This document shows, piece after piece, positions 17,542-26,606 of a stretch of 51,086 nt of DNA. Location of the stretch: positions 74,722 to 125,807 of the IMG/VR virus record IMGVR_UViG_3300044451_000174; one strand, given 5' to 3'. Within the stretch, counting starts at the first letter, position 1, and every line of letters begins with the position of its first letter. The notes beneath the pieces are model-generated. The model worked only from the letters and a program-made list of their open reading frames with translations, ran no database searches and had not been told where the DNA came from. The position numbers were made by a program, and so were the translations under genes. This stretch comes from a virus (taxonomy: Duplodnaviria > Heunggongvirae > Uroviricota > Caudoviricetes).

Positions 17542-18340
17542 TCAAATCGCCCGAAGTCAGAATGTATGGCACTTCTGCGGCAGTGAGCCTGTTATTGCTG
17601 CCGTCGTAGGTGTAGGTCGTTTTCTTCGCCAAGTCCCCCACCCTCGCGCCGGCCGGGTAGTAAATCGAAGTCATCAGGTTCGTGCCGGTGTAACTGTTCT
17701 TTGTGAAGTGGAACGCATCGTTACTGCCCGCCAAGAGTTGCCAGTCGGCTTTCGGCGAGGTGTAATCCATTCCCGCGAGCGTAATCACGGCCTGATCATT
17801 GGCGTCGGCCAAGTTCAACTTCAGCAAAATGCCGACCGGCAGTTCCGGGTAGGTAGCAGCTTGTGAAATGGCGAACCGCTCGAAGTAAGAGGGCAGTTCA
17901 ACAACTGCCGCCTTCTTGTTGAACCGCAGAGCATTTTCGGCCGACGTGTTGCTGATGTAGGCGCGGATAGCCGTCTTGTCCCGGCTGCTCCTGATCAGAA
18001 CGGTGTTCAGGCCGTCCACTCTGGAAACGCTGGCGGTGAAAAGGGCCGCGAACACCGCGTTGGCGTTCAGTGCGTTGACAATTTCGTAGGCTTTGGTGGC
18101 GCTCGCCGTCGAACCACTCACGTTGATCGAGAGCGAGGCGAAGTTCGGGCTGGTGAAGTCGAGCGCGTAGTTGATTGTCAGGGTCGTGTTGACCGACAGG
18201 TCATACGGCTCCGGGTTCCACGCGATCATCAACTCGCTGCGATTGACGTTGGCTCTGGCGACAGAGTTGAGAGAATACTGGCGGTCGGCCGAAAGCAGAC
18301 TGCCACGAAATTCTTGATCGAACAGGTTCTGAAAAAACAT
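17531..18340 (-). CDS. Putative virion structural protein (269 aa)
   Basis: CAGGAGG RBS, TAAATA box at 18356-18361 (-); Ala/Asn/Thr/Ser-rich beta-type sequence. Confidence 0.65.
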   Translation of the reverse strand: MFFQNLFDQEFRGSLLSADRQYSLNSVARANVNRSELMIAWNPEPYDLSVNTTLTINYALDFTSPNFASLSINVSGSTASATKAYEIVNALNANAVFAALFTASVSRVDGLNTVLIRSSRDKTAIRAYISNTSAENALRFNKKAAVVELPSYFERFAISQAATYPELPVGILLKLNLADANDQAVITLAGMDYTSPKADWQLLAGSNDAFHFTKNSYTGTNLMTSIYYPAGARVGDLAKKTTYTYDGSNNRLTAAEVPYILTSGDLITP

Positions 18341-18358
18341 GGTCCTCCTGTGTATTAT

Positions 18359-18886
18359 TTAGCTTGTACCGCTTACCTCTGCGAGTAGTTTTTTTGCATA
18401 TCGAGGGTCCGCGAGCAGCTTGCTGCTGAACCGTTCGTCGGTGGCCGGCACCGCGAAGACTAGATTCTCTTTGACGAGTAACGGAACCCGGTCTGGCGTC
18501 ATCTGGCCTTCCGGCATCTCGCACTCTGCCATCGCGAAGTAGGTCTGGTCGCCGTGGTCCTTGAAGAAGTCCACTTCCCACCCCTTGTAGGGGGCAGCAT
18601 ATTTATACCGGACCTTCTCGAACCTGACCAGCGACTGACCCCACAGGTCGTTGTAATCGCGTTCGTCAATGTCCTGTTCGATCTCGATGACGCGGGAGCC
18701 GACGTTGTTCTTATAGGTGAAGACGTAGCTCGAACGGACGCCGTCGCGGATCTTCCTGACCCGAACCGTCATCCCCCGAACCGCACACGGGTAACCCTGC
18801 CAAATGTGCAGCGGCCGGGCGACACCAGAGAACTGGGATTCGGATTCGATCTTGATGACGTATTTCAGTTCGTTTTCCGTGGGCAT
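18359..18886 (-). CDS. CYTH (triphosphate tunnel metalloenzyme) protein
   Basis: ENELKY (ExExK), IWQGY, VRVRK, EIEQDI, EKVRY, WEVDFF, AECE. Confidence 0.9.
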   Translation of the reverse strand: MPTENELKYVIKIESESQFSGVARPLHIWQGYPCAVRGMTVRVRKIRDGVRSSYVFTYKNNVGSRVIEIEQDIDERDYNDLWGQSLVRFEKVRYKYAAPYKGWEVDFFKDHGDQTYFAMAECEMPEGQMTPDRVPLLVKENLVFAVPATDERFSSKLLADPRYAKKLLAEVSGTS

Positions 18887-18893
18887 AGAATCC

Positions 18894-19628
18894 TCACTTG
18901 TTGTGAACGCGGTTCAGAGCTTTGAAATACTCCTCGATCATCGGACGGAACTTCTCAGGCAAATCCCTCGTGATTTCCTGCACAACTTTAGCGCGTTTCT
19001 CTGGCGGGAGCGTTCCCCACTGTTCGGCGACCTCTTTCAACTTCTTGTCATCTACTTTGCCCGACCCGGTGCCGCCCATGACGATTGAATCGGGGGCCGG
19101 ACTGTTGGGCTTGCCGTTACCCGGCCCCTGCTTGTCTTTGCCGGCCTGAGCGTCCTGTTCTGACTTGGACCCCTTGCCGCCGTCTTCTTTTTCTTTGATC
19201 AACTTGTCGAGTTTGGCGACGATGTCCTGCTGGATCTTCTGGGTGTCTTTGCCGGCGCGGGCGAGATCTAGCTTGTCGGCCGACATTCTCATGTCGCGTT
19301 CGATGTCGCCGAGGTCGTCCTTTTTCCAATCCTGAAGGTCACGTTCCATGAACAGTGCCATCGCCAAATGGCGTCTTTCAAGTGGCCGGAAGCTCTCCTT
19401 GAGATTCCAGACCCACTTCTGGGCTTCGATTTTGTTGTTGAGGGCGAAATAGTTGACCGCCATCAAGAAGCAGTATTCGTTGTACTGCTCGTTTGTGGGG
19501 GCGAACCCCTTCAAACGCACGAGTGACGCCTCATAATCTTTCTGGTACGTCAAATCTTTGGCTTGCAGAAGGGGACTGGTCGGTACGGGCTGAAGGGCCA
19601 GCACCAACGCAAGAAACAGTGCAGTCAT
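18894..19628 (-). CDS. Secreted helical protein with Planctomycete-type signature
   Basis: Signal peptide MTALFLALVLALQP; IERDMRMSADKL...TQKIQQDIVAKLDKLI; C-terminal WGTLPPEKR...LPEKFRPMIEEYFKAL. Confidence 0.7.
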   Translation of the reverse strand: MTALFLALVLALQPVPTSPLLQAKDLTYQKDYEASLVRLKGFAPTNEQYNEYCFLMAVNYFALNNKIEAQKWVWNLKESFRPLERRHLAMALFMERDLQDWKKDDLGDIERDMRMSADKLDLARAGKDTQKIQQDIVAKLDKLIKEKEDGGKGSKSEQDAQAGKDKQGPGNGKPNSPAPDSIVMGGTGSGKVDDKKLKEVAEQWGTLPPEKRAKVVQEITRDLPEKFRPMIEEYFKALNRVHNK

Positions 19629-19638
19629 TTTTGTGCCT

Positions 19639-20061
19639 TCAAGAGTGGAGCATTCTGAGGTTATCCGCATCAGTGCGGCTCTGCAAGATCTGTTCTTCGA
19701 GGAAGATTTCGATGACGCGGCCGTTTACGCCGCCGAGTTGTTGCGCCTGTTCGAGCCGCTCGACGTAGTTCGCGACCACTTCGGTTTCCATGTCGTAGGC
19801 GTACTTGACAGCGGTCTTCGGGTCGTCAAAAACGGGCATGCCCTTCGGGATCACGGAGATGTGACCGCCGAGTCCGATGATGAGGTCTTGGAACTGCTGG
19901 ACGTGTTTCATTTCGCTCGCGGCCTCGTCCAAGAACAGTTCCCGAATCTCTTGCCTGTGCAGCCCGATCAGCGTAGCCGAGTTCTGGAGGTAGAACATCA
20001 TGTGACCCATCTCGTTTGCCAAGTCGTTTTGCAAAAGGCCGATCATCGTCTTCAAGTCCAT
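19639..20061 (-). CDS. Bacterioferritin/ferritin-like di-iron protein
   Basis: NEMGH, ASEMKHVQQF..LIIGLGG, AYDMETEV, IFLEEQI; AAGGAGG RBS. Confidence 0.8.
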   Translation of the reverse strand: MDLKTMIGLLQNDLANEMGHMMFYLQNSATLIGLHRQEIRELFLDEAASEMKHVQQFQDLIIGLGGHISVIPKGMPVFDDPKTAVKYAYDMETEVVANYVERLEQAQQLGGVNGRVIEIFLEEQILQSRTDADNLRMLHS

Positions 20062-20156
20062 CGCCGAACCTCCTTCAAATGCGTTGCAGTGCAACTAGAT
20101 AAGCAATCGAGGCAGAAAGATCCTCAATTATAGAGACGTTTCCAAACAGGAGAACC

Positions 20157-22082
20157 ATGCCAACAACTCCCTCCAAGTGGCGGGGTCAGTACAAGTCGCT
20201 CAAGGAATACTACGACAACGTGGTCTACACCAAAGACGATCACGAGGTCGAAGCCCGGCCGGAACTATTGGGGCAGAAGAAGTTCCCGGCCGAATACTTC
20301 GAGTTCGACCGCTTCCAGTACGCAATCGACCCAGACGAGACGATGGAAGAGGTCGATGCTTACTCAAAAGCGAGACAAGACCAAGAAACCATCAAGTGTA
20401 AATACAGCTTTTCCTACTGGTGTCAGAAGTACGTCAAGATTCTTCACCCGATGAAGGGTTTGATCCCCTTCATGCTCTACAAGTACCAGAACAAGGTAAT
20501 CCGCGACTACGAAAACAACCGCTTCAACATCATCTCGAAGTTCCGGCAGGGTGGGCTGACGACGGTGACGCTGATTTGGGGTCTGTGGCGGGCGCTGTTC
20601 CAGACCGACCAGCAGATCATGTTGCTGTCCAAGACAGACCGCGAAGCGACGGACATCGGGATGATCGTGGACCGCGTCGTGGAATACCTGCCGTCGTGGA
20701 TGAAGCCGGACAAGAATGCGGGCAAGTGGAACGACCACTTGAAGCAGATCAAAGAAACCGGCGGCGCTCTCAAATTCTACTCGCCGGAAGCTGCCCGTGG
20801 TAAGTCGGTGACGTTTCTCATCATTGACGAAGCGGCCTTCATCGACAACATGGAGTCGCACTGGAAGGCTATGTGGCCGGTGCTTTCCACAGGTGGTAGC
20901 TGTACGCTCGTGTCAACGGTTAACGGCCTCGGTAACTGGTACGAAGAAACTTTCCACGGGGCCAAAGAGGGTCGAAACAAGTTCCACGTCATCGAGTTGG
21001 ACTACTGGGAACACCCCGATTACAACGATCCGGTTTGGGTTGAAGACCAGAAGGCACAGCTTGGCGAACGCGGTTTCGCCCAGGAAGTTTTGCGTTCGTT
21101 CCTCGGCTCCGGTGAAACGTATATTCCGCCGCACATTCTGGCAGAACTCGACCGCCAGACACGAGATCACACGCCGATCCGCAAGGCGTTCAAACAGTGG
21201 ACGAACAAGGCGACTCGTGCCGAAGACGTTGAAGCAGTCAAGGGACTGGCGCGGAACGAAAAAGAGATGGAGAAGTTGGACAATACGCCGGGGCTGGTGG
21301 CGTTCCAGCGTGGCGCGTTGTGGATCTGGCGAGAAGCCATCGAGGGTCACGAGTACATCGTGTCCGCTGACGTGGCCGAAGGTATGGGCGAGAACGGCGA
21401 CAACTCCAGTTTCCAAGTCATCGACTGTGCGACTCTGGAGCAGGTGGCCGAGTTCTACTCGAACACGGTGCCGCCCTACATCTTCGCCCAGATTCTGAAC
21501 GAGATCTCGTTGTACTACAACACCGCGTTACTCGTGGTCGAAGACATGGGTCCGGGTGTTGCCGTCTTGAGCAACCTTCAGAATGAGTTGTTCTACGAGA
21601 ACATGTACTACGACGAGAAGGGTGCGAAGACCGGCAAGGCCGGCATCAAGATGTCTCGCGTCAACCGGCCGATCATCCTCGAAGCTCTGCAACAGCGAAT
21701 CTTGACAGGCACGGTACAAATCAACTCTCGCCGTCTGGTCCGCGAGTTGAAAACGTTGGAGTATAACCCGACGACGAAACGTGCGGAAGCTCAGAAGGGC
21801 AAGCACGACGACGCGGTCATGGCGTTGGCAATGGCGCTCTACGTCCGCGACCAGATCATGCGGGACATCCCGATGGGTGCCGACGTACCGAGCGAAGTCA
21901 TGGACACCTTCAAGAGTCAGACTTACGAAGACATCAAGAGGGAGATTCTCGAAGGCGCTCCGAAGAACTGGATCGAAGAGGCACCCGACTTCTTGGCGGG
22001 CGAGCGTGGCGGCATATTGCCGGGCATCATCCTGAACCACCGACGCAAATTCGACACACTGCTCAAGGAATTCGGCTGGTAA
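20157..22082 (+). CDS. terL: Terminase large subunit (T4 gp17-like)
   Basis: Walker A ISKFRQGGLTT, Walker B FLIIDEAAF, STVNG, nuclease DVAEG...GDNS, HDDAVMA; CAGGAG RBS. Confidence 0.97.
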   Translation: MPTTPSKWRGQYKSLKEYYDNVVYTKDDHEVEARPELLGQKKFPAEYFEFDRFQYAIDPDETMEEVDAYSKARQDQETIKCKYSFSYWCQKYVKILHPMKGLIPFMLYKYQNKVIRDYENNRFNIISKFRQGGLTTVTLIWGLWRALFQTDQQIMLLSKTDREATDIGMIVDRVVEYLPSWMKPDKNAGKWNDHLKQIKETGGALKFYSPEAARGKSVTFLIIDEAAFIDNMESHWKAMWPVLSTGGSCTLVSTVNGLGNWYEETFHGAKEGRNKFHVIELDYWEHPDYNDPVWVEDQKAQLGERGFAQEVLRSFLGSGETYIPPHILAELDRQTRDHTPIRKAFKQWTNKATRAEDVEAVKGLARNEKEMEKLDNTPGLVAFQRGALWIWREAIEGHEYIVSADVAEGMGENGDNSSFQVIDCATLEQVAEFYSNTVPPYIFAQILNEISLYYNTALLVVEDMGPGVAVLSNLQNELFYENMYYDEKGAKTGKAGIKMSRVNRPIILEALQQRILTGTVQINSRRLVRELKTLEYNPTTKRAEAQKGKHDDAVMALAMALYVRDQIMRDIPMGADVPSEVMDTFKSQTYEDIKREILEGAPKNWIEEAPDFLAGERGGILPGIILNHRRKFDTLLKEFGW

Positions 22083-22112
22083 CTCAGATAACAGAAACGA
22101 ATCCGAGGACGC

Positions 22113-22991
22113 ATGAACTTTTTTGAAGACTACCTCAATCGAAAAGAAGAAACCGAGATCAACGTCGAGATGGGCGAGTACATCCAGGCGGTGTTGTCGC
22201 ACGTCCCGACCCATAAGGAATCCGAAGAGTCTTTGCTGATGCAGATCGAAGACTCTTCGGACAACCTCGCGGCGTTGATCGCGGCGGCGAGCAAAATCCC
22301 TCAAAAGCTCAATCTGGTTCCGAGCGGGCCGGCGGCGGGCAAATTGCGTGTGATCGTGAACGGCGGGGAGAGTCCGCTGACGTGGAACCCACACGGCGTG
22401 ATCAAACAAACGGCCATGAACATGGGCCGGCTCGGACGCCTCGTTCAAATGGCTAAGGACAGTGTCCCCAACTGGGGCGGTTCCAAGATCGTCATCATGC
22501 CGTCGCTCGATGCTTTCCCGGCGAGTGACGGCATCGTTCAACTCAACCGCTGTGGGTGCGGGAAGTCTTTCAAGGCCGGCATCCACAACAAAGGCTTGAA
22601 ACTGGTAGGGCCAGAAGACGACGATGATTCTGATCTGGCCGGTTTGATCGACAAACTGAAAAGCGGCTTCGAGTCGAAACCCAAATTGGTACGTCTGGTA
22701 TTTCACGCCCCGAAGTCGATGCGTGGGAAGCTAAAAAAAGCCGGGCGCGAAATCGCCGTGCTTCGCAAAGCGTTCATCCCGGCGGTGCCGATGAAAAAGC
22801 CGAAGAAGGACAGCAAAAAGAAAGACGAAGGGCTAGATTTGTGGAGGGTCCGCGTTGACGAACGGTTCGTCGGACTTCCCATCAACGAAACGTATTGGCC
22901 CATCGAAAACGAACCGCTCGAAATCCTCAGCCTCGAACTGATTGAAAGCGAACCCCAAAAGGAAGAAAGACATGAAGACCAACACAACTGA
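22113..22991 (+). CDS. Hypothetical protein (292 aa)
   Basis: GAGG RBS; N-terminus MNFFEDYLNRKEE. Confidence 0.7.
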   Translation: MNFFEDYLNRKEETEINVEMGEYIQAVLSHVPTHKESEESLLMQIEDSSDNLAALIAAASKIPQKLNLVPSGPAAGKLRVIVNGGESPLTWNPHGVIKQTAMNMGRLGRLVQMAKDSVPNWGGSKIVIMPSLDAFPASDGIVQLNRCGCGKSFKAGIHNKGLKLVGPEDDDDSDLAGLIDKLKSGFESKPKLVRLVFHAPKSMRGKLKKAGREIAVLRKAFIPAVPMKKPKKDSKKKDEGLDLWRVRVDERFVGLPINETYWPIENEPLEILSLELIESEPQKEERHEDQHN

Positions 22992-23328
22992 CACCAAGCG
23001 TCTGATCCAGCAGGCTCTTGCTACGATGCCGGCCGACAATGCGTTGTCCGAAGCTAGGCACCACTTGCGAGCCGCCCTAAACCACGTTGATCACGTCGAA
23101 CAGAAACGACTGCGGCGTGAGGCGGTTCAAAAGCAAAACCAGATCAACGAGCAGTTCAAGCGAATGGGTAACGTTCAGGGCAACCCGCAAGCACTGAAAG
23201 AAACCATCGCGGCGATTGACGACATGATCAGCAAGGAACAGAAGAAACTGGAAGAGATCGCAAACCGGAAGAAGTCGCGTCAACAGCAACCCGACGACGC
23301 TGACGGCGACGAAATGCTCACCGGGTGA
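22972..23328 (+). CDS. Hypothetical coiled-coil protein (118 aa)
   Basis: ATG 22972 overlaps the end of the previous gene; helical and charged. Confidence 0.65.
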   Translation: MKTNTTDTKRLIQQALATMPADNALSEARHHLRAALNHVDHVEQKRLRREAVQKQNQINEQFKRMGNVQGNPQALKETIAAIDDMISKEQKKLEEIANRKKSRQQQPDDADGDEMLTG

Positions 23329-23926
23329 TCCGTTCGAGTGGCAGACTTTTGAGATAGTACAGGTGACGTTCGTAACAGTCTTCGCACCACGCCTCATCGC
23401 GGCCGAGACTTGTTTTACTTGTCGGCCGCATCGCCTGAAACACTTTCGGATCAAACTCGGCCTCTTCTTTCAGACCGAGAAATTTGGAGAGCGGCGTGAC
23501 GTATTCCCCGCTCTCCAAGTCCTCGTATGTCAAGAGCATACCCGTCCCCACCCTCTTGGCGATTTCGCACATTCTTCTGAGCCGGTAGCAGTAGTACATC
23601 GCCGCTTCATGCGGCCTGTAAACGCCGTTTTGCACCATCAGTCCGATTGACGGTTCCGGCCGTCGCAACACGAACAGGTAGTGGGCGTGCGGGGCAATGT
23701 TCTTGGGGCCGAGTTGGAAATTGTGATTGATCTCCATAGCGTACATCGCCGCGAGCGAGTTCATTTTGTGGGGACTGGACGTGATAGCTTGGAGGTCGGT
23801 GTAGTCTCTTATTGATGTCTGGGTGTTGGCGAACTGGACCCGTGGGTTGTGGTTCAGCAAGCTCAACAGTTGCAGGGAACCAGAACCGAGATGAGATACC
23901 GCCAGGAGAACGCGCTTGACTGCCAT
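23318..23926 (-). CDS. Sulfotransferase-like protein (degenerate PAPS loop)
   Basis: HLGSGSLQLLSLLNHNPRV, FVLRRP, LLTYEDL follow the sulfotransferase motif order. Confidence 0.6.
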   Translation of the reverse strand: MAVKRVLLAVSHLGSGSLQLLSLLNHNPRVQFANTQTSIRDYTDLQAITSSPHKMNSLAAMYAMEINHNFQLGPKNIAPHAHYLFVLRRPEPSIGLMVQNGVYRPHEAAMYYCYRLRRMCEIAKRVGTGMLLTYEDLESGEYVTPLSKFLGLKEEAEFDPKVFQAMRPTSKTSLGRDEAWCEDCYERHLYYLKSLPLERITR

Positions 23927-23954
23927 TTTTAACTCATTTGGGTTTAGGGTGAGC

Positions 23955-23960
23955 TATATA
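23955..23960. promoter_or_regulatory. TATATA box between the sulfotransferase-like gene and the portal
   Basis: Palindromic box in the divergent intergenic region. Confidence 0.45.
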
Positions 23961-24010
23961 CATGAGCGTGAAAACGCTAACTGTATGACAGCACGAGATA
24001 AAGGAATGAA

Positions 24011-26569
24011 ATGACACCAGTTTGGGCAGACTTTTTCAAGATCTTCACCTACCAGTTCGCTCCCGACCCCTACAGCAGACGGGCGAACACACGCGACCTT
24101 TCGGGTGCCGGCGTAACACAGCCGGACGCCATCCCGATGATGGGGCCGGACGGCAGCATGTCCGGCAGCGGCGACTCCCGCCTCGTCAGGTTCCGCGATA
24201 CCAATGAAATGATCGACCTCTCGTCGGTCAGTAACCGCCAATCACGATACAAGGAATACCAAAGACTTTTGGGCGTCCCAGAGATCGACCGCGCGTTGAC
24301 AGTGTTCGCAGACGAAGCCTGTCTCGCGGGGTGGACGAAGGTGCAAACGCCACATGGCGAATTCACAATCGAGCAACTCGCCAAGACGCGGGCCAACGAC
24401 CGCTTCCTCGTCTACTGCTACGACCACAAGGCCGAGGACTACACTCTTGGGTGGGCTTACGCTCCGAGGAAAACCAAGACCGCCAAAACGCTTCAACTGG
24501 TCTTCGACAACGGCAAAATCCTGACGCTCACACACGACCACCGGATCATGACCGGCAAAGGAACATACGTTCAGGCTAGTGATGTGAAGATCGGCGATGA
24601 GATGATGCCGTTCTATCGGCTGCGTCCGAACCCCGAATTGAACAAATTGAAAACCGGGCAACAGCCGAGGATCTACTCGCACCGCAAAGGGTGGATCAAC
24701 GAGCGGCAGTTCGTTGACGATTGGAAATCCGGCAAGACTCAAGAGCGGTACGAGGAGGCCAACAAGATCTCCCGGCTCGCGGCCGGCGGCTTGGTCATGG
24801 AGCAGATCCTGAAACAGATCCCGCATGATTGGAAGACGATCAAATTGCGGCTGGCGCGGACTGGCTTCACATACAAGGAGTTGAAGAAACTCGGCGAGAA
24901 AGAAAAAACCAGACGCATCGTTGACATCCGGCCGGGGCCGGAAATTGATGTGTACGACATGAGCGTGGAGAAGCACGAGAACTTCTGCACAGACAGCATC
25001 GTGGTACACAACTGCCAGAAGGATGAGTTCGGCAACCTGTTTAAGATCGAGTGCAGCAACCGCGAGGTCGTTGAAGAGGCGAAGCACTTCTTCTTCCACC
25101 GTCAAATGTTGAACATGAACCGCAAGGCGTGGGCCGAGTTCAGGAAGCTGTGTTTGTTGGGCGACCTGTTCTGGGAGGCGATCATCAACCCGGAGCGGCC
25201 GGGCGACGGCATCGCGAACTTTGCCAGCTTGCCGGCCGAGTCGATGTACCGCATCGAAACAACGAAGGGCAAGCTGATCGAGTTCCAGCAGGCGCGAGAG
25301 GGGCCGGACTACAACGCCCTGGTCCGTGCGCCGATCATGCAGGCCAATGACGCCGAAATTGCACAAAGCACCGCCATTCGGTTCGCGCCGGAACAGATCG
25401 TTCACATCAGGATCGGCGACAACCGAAAAACGTTCTACCCGTATGGCGTCTCGCTGGTTGAACCCGCTCGCGGTCCAGCACACCAGTTACGTTTGATGGA
25501 AGACGCGATGTTGGTGTACCGGCTTTCGAGAAGCCCGGAGCGGCGTGTATTTTACATTGACGTTGGACAACTCCCACCGTTCAAGGCAGAGGCGTTTGTC
25601 GAGCGTCTGAAGGACCAATTCAGGAAGAAGAAGGTGGCGACCAACAGGTCGCCGTATCAAGGCGCGAACCAAGTGGAAGAAAGGTGGCACGCCCCGGCCG
25701 TGGACGAGGACTACTGGTTGCCGATTCGCGGCGACTCGCAGACCAAGATCGACACGTTGCCGGGAGCGCAGAACCTCGGCGAGATCGATGACGCCGTATA
25801 CTTCCGTAATAAATTGTTCGTAGCATTGAACTTCCCTCCGAACTACCTGAGCAACGAAGACCCGAACGCAACGAGGATCACGTTGTCGGCTCAGGACGTG
25901 AAGTTCGCGAGGATGATCGAACGGTTGCAGGGCCACTTCGAGGACGGCCTGTGGGAAATGTTGGACAGACACCTGCAAATGATCGGGTATCCACCTGATG
26001 TGTACGACGACTTGGTGATCAAGATGACGCCGCCAAGCGATTGGCGTGAACTGAGCCGTGCGGAGACGACGAACAACCGGGTGACGACGGCGAGCAGCCT
26101 GAAGTCGGCCCAGTTGATGTCGGACTACGACGTTCACATTCGGTATCTGCGTCACTCCGAGGAAGAAACCGAGGAAATGATCGCGAGGCTAAAGATTCAG
26201 AAACTTGAGGAACTGAAGCTGCAAATCTTGGCACAGAACCCGCAACTATTGGGCGTGGGTACTCCGGGTACTGAAGGCCAAGACGGGCAGGAAATAGGAT
26301 CTCAGGCCGGTGGTCCGAGTCCGATGTTGGGTGGTGACCCGGCAGCGGGCGGGGCTGGCGGTGCTGCACCGCCTCCGGGTGGTGGACTGGCGGCTGAGGA
26401 ACCGCCGGAAGGTGGTCCTGGGAACGCGACACCGGACGCGCAGAAACCTCAAGGAAAGCCGCTCGCCGATCCTGAAGAAGAGGAGATCATGAAGTACGAT
26501 CTCGAAATTCAGGACTACGACGCTGAACAAGATGTGGAAGACATCGACTACAGCGTAAACAACGAGTGA
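24011..26569 (+). CDS. gp20: Portal protein (T4 gp20-like) with intein
   Basis: EIDRAL..FADEA, LEPARG..HQLRLMEDAMLVYRLSRSPERRVFYIDVGQLPPFKAEAFV, EDYWLPIRG, TKIDTLPG.QNLGEIDD..YFRNKLF.ALN.P. Confidence 0.95.
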   Translation: MTPVWADFFKIFTYQFAPDPYSRRANTRDLSGAGVTQPDAIPMMGPDGSMSGSGDSRLVRFRDTNEMIDLSSVSNRQSRYKEYQRLLGVPEIDRALTVFADEACLAGWTKVQTPHGEFTIEQLAKTRANDRFLVYCYDHKAEDYTLGWAYAPRKTKTAKTLQLVFDNGKILTLTHDHRIMTGKGTYVQASDVKIGDEMMPFYRLRPNPELNKLKTGQQPRIYSHRKGWINERQFVDDWKSGKTQERYEEANKISRLAAGGLVMEQILKQIPHDWKTIKLRLARTGFTYKELKKLGEKEKTRRIVDIRPGPEIDVYDMSVEKHENFCTDSIVVHNCQKDEFGNLFKIECSNREVVEEAKHFFFHRQMLNMNRKAWAEFRKLCLLGDLFWEAIINPERPGDGIANFASLPAESMYRIETTKGKLIEFQQAREGPDYNALVRAPIMQANDAEIAQSTAIRFAPEQIVHIRIGDNRKTFYPYGVSLVEPARGPAHQLRLMEDAMLVYRLSRSPERRVFYIDVGQLPPFKAEAFVERLKDQFRKKKVATNRSPYQGANQVEERWHAPAVDEDYWLPIRGDSQTKIDTLPGAQNLGEIDDAVYFRNKLFVALNFPPNYLSNEDPNATRITLSAQDVKFARMIERLQGHFEDGLWEMLDRHLQMIGYPPDVYDDLVIKMTPPSDWRELSRAETTNNRVTTASSLKSAQLMSDYDVHIRYLRHSEEETEEMIARLKIQKLEELKLQILAQNPQLLGVGTPGTEGQDGQEIGSQAGGPSPMLGGDPAAGGAGGAAPPPGGGLAAEEPPEGGPGNATPDAQKPQGKPLADPEEEEIMKYDLEIQDYDAEQDVEDIDYSVNNE
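24320..25012 (+). mobile_element. Intein (231 aa, Cys104-Asn334) in the portal protein
   Basis: Block A CLAGWTKV, block B LTLTHDHRIM, block F VYDMSVEKHENF, block G VVHN followed by Cys(+1); exteins rejoin as FADEA-CQKDE. Confidence 0.93.
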
Positions 26570-26606
26570 GCCAAACTTAAAAGGCACGCCCGCGATAGAT
26601 AATGTC

